From an uncultured Alphaproteobacteria bacterium (GTDB taxonomy: Bacteria > Pseudomonadota > Alphaproteobacteria > Sphingomonadales > Sphingomonadaceae): a DNA stretch of 64,000 nt. Position 1 is the first letter of the stretch; each line of letters starts with the position of its first letter. Where the stretch lies: positions 306,034 to 370,033 of the forward strand of contig CAWCRK010000002.1 of assembly GCA_963797965.1 (NCBI GenBank), written 5' to 3'. Below are positions 12,641-23,343 of this stretch, piece by piece. The translations under genes were made by a program, and so were the position numbers. The notes under the pieces are model-generated. The model did not search any database and was not told where the DNA came from. It worked only from the letters and a program-made list of their open reading frames with translations.

Positions 12641-14052
12641 TCACTCCTACGACTACGACGTCCTCGTCATCGGTGCCGGTCCGGGCGGCTATGTCGCCGC
12701 AATCCGTGCAGCCCAGCTGGGCCTGAAAACCGCCTGCGCCGAAAGCCGCGCAACGCTGGGCGGGACCTGCCTCAACGTGGGATGCATTCCCTCCAAGGCC
12801 ATGCTGCATGCGAGCGAATTCTACAACGCCGCCGTCAATGGCGAGATGGCCGAAATGGGCATCGACGCAAATGCCAAGCTCAATCTCCCCAAGATGCACG
12901 ACCAGCGCCTGGATGCGGTGGACGGCCTGACCAAAGGCATCGAGTTCCTGTTCAAGAAGAACAAGATCGATTGGAAGAAAGGCCATGCCACCTTCCAGGA
13001 CGCGCACACGGTCAAGGTGGGTGACGAGACTGTCACCGCGAAGGACATCATCATCGCCACCGGATCCTCGGTCACCCCGTTACCGGGTGTGGAGGTCGAC
13101 AACGACAAGCAGATCGTGGTCGATTCCACCGGCGCGCTGGAGCTGGCAAAGGTGCCAGAAAAGATGGTCGTCATCGGCGGCGGTGTGATTGGGCTGGAAA
13201 TGGGCTCGATCTGGAACCGTCTGGGCGCGGATGTGACCGTGGTCGAATATCTCGACCAGCTACTGCCCGGCATGGACGGCGACGTGCGCAAGGAAGCGGC
13301 CAAGATCTTCAAGAAGCAGGGCATGACCCTGATGCTGAAGACCAAGGTCACCGGCTGCGAGGTCAAGGGCCAGAAGGCTACGCTCACCGTCGAACCGTCG
13401 GAAGGCGGCGATGCGCAGACGCTGGAGGCGGACTGCGTGCTCGTGTCGATTGGCCGTCGTCCCTACACCGACAATCTCGGCCTCGACGCGATCGGGATGG
13501 AGCCGAACAAGCGCGGCCAGATCGAGGTCGACCACGACTTCCGCACCAGCGTCGCCAGCGTCTGGGCCATCGGCGATTGCGTGCCCGGCCCCATGCTCGC
13601 CCACAAGGCCGAGGACGAAGGCATTGCCTGCGCGGAAAACATCGCGGGCCAGACCGGCATCGTGAACCACGACCTCATCCCGGGCGTCGTCTACACTCTA
13701 CCGGAATTCGCCGGCGTCGGCCTGACGCAGGAAGAAGCGCTGGAAAAGATGGGCGGCGACAAGGCCAAGCTGAAGATCGGCAAGTTCCCGATGATGGCCA
13801 ACAGCCGCGCCAAGACCAATCACGAGCCCGACGGCTTCGTAAAGGTCATCGCCGAGGCCGAAAGCGACCGCGTGTTTGGGCGTATGGTGCATCAACGCCG
13901 TCGCGGGCACGATGATCGCGCAGGCGACGCAGGCCATGGAATTCGGCGCAACGTCCGAAGACATCGCCTACACCTGTCACGCACACCCGACGCATTCGGA
14001 AGCGCTGAAGGAAGCGGCAATGGCGGTCCAGGGCAAGCCGATTCACATCTGA
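12633..14052 (+). CDS. lpdA: Dihydrolipoamide dehydrogenase E3 (frameshift near 13878)
   Basis: GAGPGGY, GGTCLNVGCIPSK, GGGVIG; C-terminal HAHPTHSE recovered in the shifted frame. Confidence 0.95.
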
Positions 14053-14064
14053 CGAGGCACAGGC

Positions 14065-14890
14065 ATGCGCGATCTGCCAGATGTGCTGCATCGGCTGAGC
14101 GTCGCGCTACCGCCTGTTCTGGCTGGCCTTCTGGTGTTCCAGTTCTTCGGCGCGCCCAACAGCTATCTGCTGGTCAACGCTGGTGCATTCATTCTCGGCA
14201 CGTTGGCGCTCATATTTGTACGCGCACCGACCGGCGGAAAGGCGGTCGGTCGGATCGCGTCGGCAGCTCTCGCATTGATGGCCGCACCTCTTGTTATGGG
14301 GCACGAGCTAGATGGAATACGCCGCTGGATAGCGCTCGGACCAGTCGCACTTAACACGGGGCTCGTCGCTGTACCTGTTCTGGCCGTCGTATGTGCGAAG
14401 GGTGGTCCTGCCGGCGTCCTGACGTTCGCCATCGCCACCTTGATCCTGACCTTGCAACCAGACGCAGCGGCGCTTCTGGCGCTTTCGCTCGCGGGGCTGA
14501 CGATGGCAGCGGTCGGCAAGGATTGGCGCTTTGGTCTTATCGGGTTGCTCTGCCTTGCAGGGGCAGTTGTGCGGCACACGAATGGCGTTCCCGATCCGGT
14601 ACGCTTCGTGGAAGGCGTCGTGCACATGGTATGGTCGCGCAGCTTATGGTCCGGCCTCGCGCTCCTGGTGGCACTGGCCGTTCCTGTGGTAGCACTCTGG
14701 CGTGGGAGCCTCCTCGACCGGCGCGCGGCAATCAGTCTTGGCCGCAACCTATGCGGGCTTCAGCCTTGCCAGCCTGACAAACGACTACCCCCTCCCGCTG
14801 GCGGGCTACGGAGCATCTTCCATCATAGGTTTTTTATTAGCCCTCGCACTGGTCCCGGCACGATTGAAAAGCACAGAGCAAAGGCTCTAG
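14065..14890 (+). CDS. Polytopic membrane protein with FtsW/RodA (SEDS)-like motifs (frameshift near 14740)
   Basis: GIRRWIALGP, LQPD and PLPLAGYGASS motifs; multiple TM segments. Confidence 0.55.
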
Positions 14891-14948
14891 GCCGACAGCG
14901 CCAAAATCAGTAAGGGCGCGCTCGGACTGTGTGACGGCAATATTCGAT

Positions 14949-15653
14949 ATGGCAGGACAAAGCGTGATGCGGCTTTTCGCCAAGTGGCACATTTGGCTCG
15001 GCTGGCTGGTCGGCGTGCCAATCCTGATGTGGACCGTGACAGGGCTGGTCATGGTCGCCAAGCCGATCGAGGAAGTGCGCGGCAATCATCTTCGCAAAGA
15101 GCTTGCCGAGGAGGCTCTGCCTCGGGACACCAACATCGCCGTCTCGCTTCCGTCCGACAGCACCGCGCCGGTGCGCAGCGTCGCCACGCAGGTCGAACGC
15201 GGCGAGGTCGTGACGCGCATCACGTACATGGACGGCACCAGCGACCGTTTCCGTGCCGATGGCAGCAAGATGTCGCCGCTATCGGAGATCGAAGCGCGCA
15301 TGATCGTGGAGGAAGCCATCGTCGGCGGTGCCGAGGTAGCATCGGCCACGCGCTTCGCCGCGGACGAGGTGCCGCTCGATTTCCGCCGCGAGATGCCGGT
15401 ATGGCAAGTCGTGCTGCAGGACGGCACGCATGTCTATGTCGGCACCGAAACAGGCCGGATCGAGGCCGTACGCACGCGCTGGTGGCGCACCTTCGACTTC
15501 ATGTGGGGCCTGCACATCATGGACCTGGAAGCGCGCGAGGATACCAGCCATCCGCTGCTGATCGGCTTTGCGGCGCTGGGCGTATTGGGCTCGTTGCTCG
15601 GCTGTATCCTGATGTTCCGCCGCCGATCGCGCGCGAAGGCAGCCCGCGCTTGA
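14949..15653 (+). CDS. PepSY-associated TM domain protein
   Basis: KWHIWLGWLVG..WTVTG and FDFMWGLHIMD motifs. Confidence 0.8.
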   Translation: MAGQSVMRLFAKWHIWLGWLVGVPILMWTVTGLVMVAKPIEEVRGNHLRKELAEEALPRDTNIAVSLPSDSTAPVRSVATQVERGEVVTRITYMDGTSDRFRADGSKMSPLSEIEARMIVEEAIVGGAEVASATRFAADEVPLDFRREMPVWQVVLQDGTHVYVGTETGRIEAVRTRWWRTFDFMWGLHIMDLEAREDTSHPLLIGFAALGVLGSLLGCILMFRRRSRAKAARA

Positions 15654-16285
15654 CCGAGACGATCCTTACCCCGGTGCTCGACTGGCTTGACCTGGCCGGT
15701 GTGGCGCTGTTCGCGCTGACTGGCGCGCTGGTGGCGGCGAAGGAGCGGCAGACGCTCGTCACACTGTCCTTCTTCGCGCTGATCACGGGCGTCGGAGGAG
15801 GCACGATCCGCGACCTTCTGATCGACGCGCCGGTGTTCTGGATCGCGGACCCGTGGGTTGCCGCAATCTGTCTGGGCGTGGCCCTGTTCGCCTGGTTCAC
15901 GCCCGTGCGCTGGTGGGAGGGCCGCTTTCTTGCGATTGCCGACGGAGCAGGCCTTGCAGCCTATGCCGTTCTGGGAACAGCCAAGGCACTGCAATACGGC
16001 GTGCCGCCTGTCCCTGCGGTGCTGATGGGCGTCATCACCGGCACGGCGGGCGGCATCATTCGCGACGTGCTGGCTGGCAGGCCGTCGATCCTCATGCGGC
16101 CAGAGCTCTATGTGACGGCGGCCGCTCTGTCGGCGAGCCTGACCGCGCTCGGATCGCTGATCGACGTCAATCGCTGGTGGGTCTGGATTGTGGCGGCACT
16201 GGCGGGCTTCGCCCTGCGCCTTGCCGCCATCCTGCTCAACCTGGCACTGCCATCCTACACGAAAGACACGCCGCCCGACGAGTGA
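15650..16285 (+). CDS. Trimeric intracellular cation channel (TRIC/UPF0126, YadS-like) protein
   Basis: Duplicated GGGTIRD / AGGIIRD motifs; TTG start overlaps the upstream stop. Confidence 0.88.
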   Translation: MTETILTPVLDWLDLAGVALFALTGALVAAKERQTLVTLSFFALITGVGGGTIRDLLIDAPVFWIADPWVAAICLGVALFAWFTPVRWWEGRFLAIADGAGLAAYAVLGTAKALQYGVPPVPAVLMGVITGTAGGIIRDVLAGRPSILMRPELYVTAAALSASLTALGSLIDVNRWWVWIVAALAGFALRLAAILLNLALPSYTKDTPPDE

Positions 16286-17062
16286 TCAGGCGCCTTCGCC
16301 CGGCCAGTCCTGAACCTCTGCCTCGGCCAGATCGCCGTCGATAGGCGCTTCGTCTGCCGGCTCGCGTTCGACAGCCTGCACCCGCGCATCGCGGTCCACG
16401 CGCGACCATTCCGCGTCGTAGCGATCGTCGTCCCACTGGCCGTCGTCCTCGTCGCGCTCGCGGCGGTCTTCGTCGTAGTCGATGTCTTCCCAGCGATCGT
16501 CATTGTCGCCGCGGTCGTCATCGACATCGCGCCGGCCGCTGAAGTCCAGCGTCTCTATCCGCCCGTCGGGGCCGAGACGGCACAGGAAGCCGTCACCGCC
16601 GGAAATGCGACCTTCGACCTGCCAGCCGCGCGCCGTGCGGTCGACGCGTTCCACGGCTTCCACACGCTGCTGCGTTTCGATGGCCTCGACGCACATCTCG
16701 ACTGCGCGATCGATACCGCGCGTGTCGCTCCTGCGCTCGTCACGGCGGTAATCGCGGTCGCGCTCGCGGCGGTCGTCACGCGTCGCGGCGCGTGCAGCGT
16801 GAGAGATCGCGCCGATGATCAGCACACCGGCCAGCACGTCGCCAAGGCCGGGTCCGCGGCGATAGCGATAGCGGTGGTGCCGGTGGCGATGGTAGCGGCG
16901 GTGCTCGGCCGTCTGGCCTTGCTCGATCTGCTCGCCCGCCGTCATTTCGGCGAAGGGCGACGGTGTAGCGGCCAGCGGCATTTCGGAAGCAGCCAGCGGG
17001 CTTACGGCCATCGAGGCGGTCGCAAGAAAGAGAGGTGCGTAAGCGTAAGTCATTCGCGGCAT
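16286..17062 (-). CDS. Hypothetical exported Arg/Asp-rich protein (paralog 1)
   Basis: Signal-like N-terminus, GDVLAGVLIIGAI, AVEMCV..GWQVEGRI..FLC. Confidence 0.7.
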   Translation of the reverse strand: MPRMTYAYAPLFLATASMAVSPLAASEMPLAATPSPFAEMTAGEQIEQGQTAEHRRYHRHRHHRYRYRRGPGLGDVLAGVLIIGAISHAARAATRDDRRERDRDYRRDERRSDTRGIDRAVEMCVEAIETQQRVEAVERVDRTARGWQVEGRISGGDGFLCRLGPDGRIETLDFSGRRDVDDDRGDNDDRWEDIDYDEDRRERDEDDGQWDDDRYDAEWSRVDRDARVQAVEREPADEAPIDGDLAEAEVQDWPGEGA

Positions 17063-17216
17063 GGCCGGTCCCCGTTTGTCAGCGCGCGCCCACCCTTGCG
17101 CAAATCCTTCGATGTTCGTGGGCATGGCGTGCGCTTCCTGTAAGAACCATGAACCGCACGAAAAACGGCCCGAAGCACGAAGCTCCGGGCCATTCTTGCA
17201 AGTGTTGTTGTGCGGG

Positions 17217-17801
17217 TTACCGCAGGCGACGTAAGCCGCGATAATCGACATTGGTCACGCGTCCACGCTCGATGTAGCAAGTGAACTTGCCCTCGTCGCG
17301 GCCGCCCCAGCGAGAGTCGCGGCGGTCGTAACGGTCATACCGGTCATACCGGCGGCCTTCCTCGACCAGGATGCGGCCCTTGACCTTCCAGCCGTAGCGG
17401 GTGTCCTTCACATCGCGGATGTCGGTCACCTGAGCCCAGCGATAGCCACCATAGCGGCGCGCATCGCGCTTGGCAGCGTTGACGCACCGCTCGACCGCTG
17501 CACGCGGGTTGCCGCGGTGACGATAGGCGTGGCGGCGATAGTCGCGCCCGTCGCGATAATACCGGCCATCGCGGTAATAGCGGTCGCCGCGGTAATAGCT
17601 GCGGTCGCGGTCGCGGCTGGCGGCGTTGGCGATTGCGGCAATGCCGCCGATCACGACTGCGCCGGCAATGATGTCGCCGGCGGAAATGCCGTCGCCATCG
17701 CGGTCGCGTGCCTGTGCGGGGGTTGCTCCTGCCAAGGCCATCGCGCCGACCGTAGCCGCTGCGATCCCACCCTTCGCGAACGGATTAATTTTATCGAACA
17801 T
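17217..17801 (-). CDS. Hypothetical exported Arg/Asp/Tyr-rich protein (paralog 2)
   Basis: Signal peptide ending PAQA, GDIIAGAVVIGGI, AVERCV..GWKVKGRI..FTC. Confidence 0.75.
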   Translation of the reverse strand: MFDKINPFAKGGIAAATVGAMALAGATPAQARDRDGDGISAGDIIAGAVVIGGIAAIANAASRDRDRSYYRGDRYYRDGRYYRDGRDYRRHAYRHRGNPRAAVERCVNAAKRDARRYGGYRWAQVTDIRDVKDTRYGWKVKGRILVEEGRRYDRYDRYDRRDSRWGGRDEGKFTCYIERGRVTNVDYRGLRRLR

Positions 17802-17932
17802 AAGAGGCTCTCCTCGGTTACGACCGGGGCGGGAATGCCTCGGTTGATTCGTGGTCTAGAGAGGAGCGTTTGAGACTAGCCTGAATTCCGGCGACAGCGG
17901 GCGTTCAGAAAAGTATCGTGTTTTGTGAACGA

Positions 17933-19303
17933 CTATTCGAGTGAGGCGAGAACGTCCCGTGTGAAGGCGACGATGTCGAAGCGCGAGCCCGCAGGATCTT
18001 CGCCGCGCCGCACGATCACCAGATCTTCGCTCGGAATGACGACGATATATTGTCCTCGATTGCCCCTGGCGGCGAAAGCGTCTGCCGGAATGCCGTCAAT
18101 GCCGCCCATCGTCCACCAGCCCGCGCCATAGCCCCAGGCTGTGTTGTCCGGCTGCGGGCCGGCGGGGCTGGAGACATAGTCCACCCACCCTTCTGGCAAA
18201 ATGCGCTGGCCTCGCCATATGCCATCCTGCAGATGAAGCTGCCCCAGGTTCGCAAGGTCACGGGCCGTTGACCAGACCTGGCTGGAAAGCACGTAATTCC
18301 CCTGCCAATCCGTTTCCGCATATGTCCGGCCCATCCGCAGCATTTCGAACAGCTGCGATGGCGGATGCGCCGCGAACGTATCCTCAATGGCCTGCACTGC
18401 CGCCAGCGTGTCGTTATTTGCATAGCGCCACATCGTGCCGGGCTGATGGAGAAGCGGCCAGTCCACCGCGACCTCGTCCACTGTCGCGCCGCCATAATAA
18501 AGCGGATCGGTGCGATTGCCGGGCGTATCCGAATAGCGGCCCGATGCCATGCGCAAAGCGTGATCGATCGTAATCGCGCGGCGCGGGTCATTCTCGTCGA
18601 TGCCAAGGCCTGCACTGTCGTTTACATCGACTTCGCCGCGATACACCGCTGCGCCGACGACGGTGGCGGCGATGGATTTGGCGACCGACCATGTGCGCTG
18701 GGGCGTGTAAGGCGAATAAGGCTCTCGATAGCGCTCGTCATCATGCTCGCCCGCCCCTCTCACCAGCACCGCCGTGGTGCGCGCATTCGCGCCGTAGTGA
18801 TTGCCGAAAGCCTGCTCGAAGACCGGCGCGAGGTCAGGGTCAGACAGTTCGCGCTGGTTCCAGACAATACCCGCATCGGTGAACGAAACGCTCGAGCGAT
18901 CCGGAAAGGCTGTCGCTCCTATAGGCAGGAGGCTGCAGCCGCCATCTTCCGTGTGCCATGCCACGCGAGGCGGCATATCGTCTGCCCAGCTTACATCGAC
19001 ACGCGAGACCGGTCCGCGGCCATGATCGAAGCGATGCACCCGATGCTCCAATTCAGCCGCGATCACGTCCAGAGGCGGCTGGATACCGGAGAGCTCCCAC
19101 GCAAGGATGTTTTCGTCATCGCGGCCCAAAGCCATACCGGTATTGGAAAGCGCCCCGCACACGAACAGCGCTTTGTAACCCGCTGCCAGAGCCCGGTCAT
19201 ATCGCTCGTCAAGCTCCGACTGCGAGATGCTCTGCGCGGTGGCGGGAACGGCGAAGGACAGGGCTGCAGCTGTCAGAATAGTGGAGCGGATCATGGCGCG
19301 CAC
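17933..19303 (-). CDS. Serine hydrolase, beta-lactamase/PBP-like family
   Basis: SxxK (WSVAKS), YxN (RYANN), ARGNRGQ; signal peptide. Confidence 0.88.
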   Translation of the reverse strand: MRAMIRSTILTAAALSFAVPATAQSISQSELDERYDRALAAGYKALFVCGALSNTGMALGRDDENILAWELSGIQPPLDVIAAELEHRVHRFDHGRGPVSRVDVSWADDMPPRVAWHTEDGGCSLLPIGATAFPDRSSVSFTDAGIVWNQRELSDPDLAPVFEQAFGNHYGANARTTAVLVRGAGEHDDERYREPYSPYTPQRTWSVAKSIAATVVGAAVYRGEVDVNDSAGLGIDENDPRRAITIDHALRMASGRYSDTPGNRTDPLYYGGATVDEVAVDWPLLHQPGTMWRYANNDTLAAVQAIEDTFAAHPPSQLFEMLRMGRTYAETDWQGNYVLSSQVWSTARDLANLGQLHLQDGIWRGQRILPEGWVDYVSSPAGPQPDNTAWGYGAGWWTMGGIDGIPADAFAARGNRGQYIVVIPSEDLVIVRRGEDPAGSRFDIVAFTRDVLASLE

Positions 19304-19320
19304 TCTGCCATTATCCGCGC

Positions 19321-19357
19321 AAAAGAAAAGGGCCGGCGGATTGCACCGCCAGCCCCT
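19321..19357 (-). terminator. Intrinsic terminator after rplQ
   Basis: GGGGCTGGCGG-tgcaat-CCGCCGGCCC followed by TTTTCTTTT on the minus strand. Confidence 0.85.
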
Positions 19358-19378
19358 CGCTTGTCTCTTTTGAGGCGC

Positions 19379-19801
19379 TTACGCGTCTTCGAATTCGTCC
19401 TCGTCGATCATCACCGGGCCGCTGTCCTGGCCCTTGGCGTCTTCGTCACGGTCGACGAATTCGATGACGGCCATGGCGGCCGCGTCGCTACCGCGATAGC
19501 CGGCCTTGATCACGCGCGTATAGCCGCCTTCACGGTCGGCATAGCGTTCGGCCAGGACGTCGAACAGCTTCTTCAGCTGCGTTTCGTCCTGCAGTTTGCT
19601 CATGGCAAGACGGCGGTTCGACAGGCCGCCACGCTTGGCCAGCGTGATCAGCTTTTCGATATAGGGGCGCAGTTCCTTGGCCTTGGCCTGCGTGGTCAGG
19701 ATCTGTTCGTGCTTGATGAGCGCAGCGCTCATGTTGCGGAACAGGGCCTTGCGGTGGCCGGACTTGCGCTGGAGCTTGCGGCCGGAAATCTTGTGACGCA
19801 T
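19379..19801 (-). CDS. rplQ: 50S ribosomal protein L17
   Basis: [20 protein letters not shown]. Confidence 0.97.
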   Translation of the reverse strand: MRHKISGRKLQRKSGHRKALFRNMSAALIKHEQILTTQAKAKELRPYIEKLITLAKRGGLSNRRLAMSKLQDETQLKKLFDVLAERYADREGGYTRVIKAGYRGSDAAAMAVIEFVDRDEDAKGQDSGPVMIDEDEFEDA

Positions 19802-19881
19802 TTCAAATCTTCCTTGTTCGTAGAGGGCCCGTTCAGGTAGCCCGGTACTGGCGGCGCTTCGGGTGCGCCGCCGGAACCCGT

Positions 19882-20937
19882 TTAGCCGAGCAGTTCCTGT
19901 TCGAGCTTCTTGGCCATTTCCTCGATGTTCTCGGGCGGCCATCCGGGGATGTCCATGCCGAGGCGCAGACCCATCGACGACAGCACTTCCTTGATTTCGT
20001 TCAGGGACTTGCGGCCGAAGTTCGGGGTGCGCAGCATCTCGGCTTCGGTCTTCTGGACCAGGTCGCCGATGTAGATGATGTTGTCGTTCTTGAGGCAGTT
20101 GGCCGAACGGACCGACAGTTCCAGCTCGTCGACCTTCTTGAGAAGGTAGCGGTTGAGCTGGTTGGTGTCGCTTTCCTGCGGCTCTGCAGCCTGGCCGATC
20201 ATCGCCGAGCTGGGCTGCGGGATGCCGTCTTCGAAGTGGACGAAGAGCGTCAGCTGGTCCTGCAGGATGCGCGCGGCATAGGCCACGGCGTCTTCCGGCG
20301 TGACCGTGCCGTCGGTTTCGACCGTCAGGGACAGCTTGTCGTAGTCCAGTTCCTGGCCGACGCGGGCGTTTTCGACCTTGTAGCTGACCTGGCGGACCGG
20401 CGAATACAGGCTGTCGACCGGAATGAGGCCGATCGGCGCGTCTGCCGGACGGTTCTGCACAGCCGGACGATAGCCCTTACCGCTATCCGCGGTCAGTTCC
20501 ATGTTCAGCGTCGCGCCTTCGTCCAGGTGACAGATGACGAGGTTCTTGTTCATCACCTCGATATCGCCGGTCACGGCAATGTCGCCGGCCTTCACTTCGC
20601 CGGGGCCGGTGGCCGAAAGCTGCAGGCGCTTGGAGCCCTCGCCTTCCATCTTGAGCGCGATCTGCTTCACGTTCAGGACGATGTCGGTCACGTCCTCGCG
20701 CACACCGGCGAGCGAGGAGAATTCATGCAGCACGTTCTCGATCTTGATCGAGGTGATGGCCGCACCCTGCAGCGACGAGAGCAGCACGCGGCGAAGCGCA
20801 TTGCCGAGCGTCAGGCCGAAGCCACGCTCGAGCGGTTCCGCCACGAAGGTCGCCTTGCGATCCTTGTCGCTGCCGCTCTTGATGTCGAGGGTGTTGGGTT
20901 TCTTGAGTTCCTGCCAGTTCTTGGTGTTGACGGACAT
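19882..20937 (-). CDS. rpoA: RNA polymerase alpha subunit
   Basis: [22 protein letters not shown]; [11 protein letters not shown]. Confidence 0.98.
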   Translation of the reverse strand: MSVNTKNWQELKKPNTLDIKSGSDKDRKATFVAEPLERGFGLTLGNALRRVLLSSLQGAAITSIKIENVLHEFSSLAGVREDVTDIVLNVKQIALKMEGEGSKRLQLSATGPGEVKAGDIAVTGDIEVMNKNLVICHLDEGATLNMELTADSGKGYRPAVQNRPADAPIGLIPVDSLYSPVRQVSYKVENARVGQELDYDKLSLTVETDGTVTPEDAVAYAARILQDQLTLFVHFEDGIPQPSSAMIGQAAEPQESDTNQLNRYLLKKVDELELSVRSANCLKNDNIIYIGDLVQKTEAEMLRTPNFGRKSLNEIKEVLSSMGLRLGMDIPGWPPENIEEMAKKLEQELLG

Positions 20938-21045
20938 GGATTTCCCCTGATGTGGATGCGGGCAAGACCGGGTACTCTATCGACAGAGCGTCCGGTCCGA
21001 TGTGGGTTCCGGCGGCCCGAAGTTCAGGCCACCGGCAAAGACGGA

Positions 21046-21436
21046 TCAGACGCGGCGACGCTTGGACGGCCGAACCCCGTTGTGCGGGATCGGCGTGACG
21101 TCGCGGATCGAAGTGATGGTGAAGCCGACGGCAGCAAGACCGCGCAGCGCACTTTCACGGCCCGAACCCGGGCCCTTCACTTCGACTTCGAGGGTGCGAA
21201 CACCGTGTTCGGCAGCCTTGCTTGCCTGCATCGTCGGCGGCGACCTGTGCGGCATAGGGCGTCGACTTGCGGCTGCCCTTGAAGCCCATCATGCCGGCGC
21301 TGGACCAGCTGATCGCATTGCCCTGCGCATCGGTGATGGTGATCATGGTGTTGTTGAAGCTGGCGTTGATATGCGCAACGCCGCTCGAAATGTTCTTTTT
21401 GTCGCGGCGCCTAACGCGGCCGGGTTCGCGTGCCAT
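21046..21436 (-). CDS. rpsK: 30S ribosomal protein S11 (frameshift)
   Basis: [26 protein letters not shown]. Confidence 0.96.
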
Positions 21437-21497
21437 GGTATGAATTCCTCTATATGTTCAAGAAGGCAAAAGCGGCGGAGGATGACCCCCGGCGCGC

Positions 21498-21866
21498 TTA
21501 CTTCTTCTTGCCGGCGATCGGCTTGGCCTTGCCCTTGCGGGTGCGGGCGTTGGTGTGCGTGCGCTGGCCGCGAACGGGCAGGCCGGCGCGGTGACGCAGA
21601 CCGCGATAGGACCGCAGATCCATCAGACGCTTGATGTTCATCGCCGTGTCGCGACGAAGGTCGCCTTCGACCATGTGATCTTCGTCGATCGTCTCGCGGA
21701 TGTGCAGCACTTCCTCGTCGGTGAGGTCCTGCACGCGGCGGGCGTGATCGATGCCGAGCTTGTCGGCGATCTGGACGGCCGTGGTGCGACCGATACCGTG
21801 AATATAGGTGAGCGCGATAATCACGCGCTTGTTGGTGGGGATGTTTACCCCGGCAATACGAGCCAC
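21498..21866 (-). CDS. rpsM: 30S ribosomal protein S13
   Basis: [24 protein letters not shown]. Confidence 0.98.
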   Translation of the reverse strand: MARIAGVNIPTNKRVIIALTYIHGIGRTTAVQIADKLGIDHARRVQDLTDEEVLHIRETIDEDHMVEGDLRRDTAMNIKRLMDLRSYRGLRHRAGLPVRGQRTHTNARTRKGKAKPIAGKKK

Positions 21867-22017
21867 TTACTTCTCCATGCTCCACAGGATCGATTGAGCG
21901 CGATCCCATCTCATCGCTATCATTCGTTAGGATTGCAGGCGTAAACTACGCAAAAAGCCCGGATGGCGCGCAAAGGGCTGCCACCTGCCGGACTTGCTGC
22001 AACTTTCGAATAGCGCG

Positions 22018-22046
22018 CGCTTAGTGGGATTCGCCTGCGCCGTCAA
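22018..22046 (-). promoter_or_regulatory. Putative sigma70 promoter of the alpha operon
   Basis: TTGACG-N17-TAAGCG upstream of rpsM. Confidence 0.6.
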
Positions 22047-22079
22047 CTCTTGTGCGCAGGTGCAGCACGATGCACTCGA

Positions 22080-22646
22080 TTACTCCGCTGGCGCTGAACG
22101 TTCCTCAAGTTCCATCGCGCCAAGATAGTCACGCAGTCCGTGCAGCTGCTGCGTCATGACAGCGTCGACTGCAGGCGCGATCTGGTCGATGGGAAAGCGC
22201 ATCGGACCGCCGACATTGTACTCCCATTCGACCAGCGTGCCGCCCTCGACAGGCTGCAGGCGGATGGTCAGCACACCGGTCGCCGCTTCCGACTGGAGCG
22301 GGCCGAGACCGCCGCGCATTCGCAGCGCAGCATAGGGCACGGCTTGTACGACAGTGGCATGCATGACGCTGCCGTCCGGTGCTGCGCCCTCGCCCGGCAG
22401 AACTTCGCAAAAGCACCCGCCTGCGCGCGGATCGATCGTCATGTTGGACGCATCGCCCGACCAGCTATGCGCGTCGTTCCACCACTTCGCCGGCTCTATC
22501 AGCGCGGCCCACACCTCCTGCGGCGGTGCGGCGATTGCGGCGGTTTCCTGGGTGACGAAGCCCGTCTCGCTGCTGGCGACAACCTCCGCGCTCGCGGGTC
22601 CGGCACAGGCAAGGCCGGCTGCTGCGAGAATGCCGAGACGCTTCAC
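22080..22646 (-). CDS. Exported SRPBCC (START-like) family protein
   Basis: Signal peptide; IAAPPQEVWAAL..WW..HSWSG..AGGCFCE. Confidence 0.8.
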   Translation of the reverse strand: MKRLGILAAAGLACAGPASAEVVASSETGFVTQETAAIAAPPQEVWAALIEPAKWWNDAHSWSGDASNMTIDPRAGGCFCEVLPGEGAAPDGSVMHATVVQAVPYAALRMRGGLGPLQSEAATGVLTIRLQPVEGGTLVEWEYNVGGPMRFPIDQIAPAVDAVMTQQLHGLRDYLGAMELEERSAPAE

Positions 22647-22654
22647 GCCAGCCC

Positions 22655-23343
<689 letters not shown>

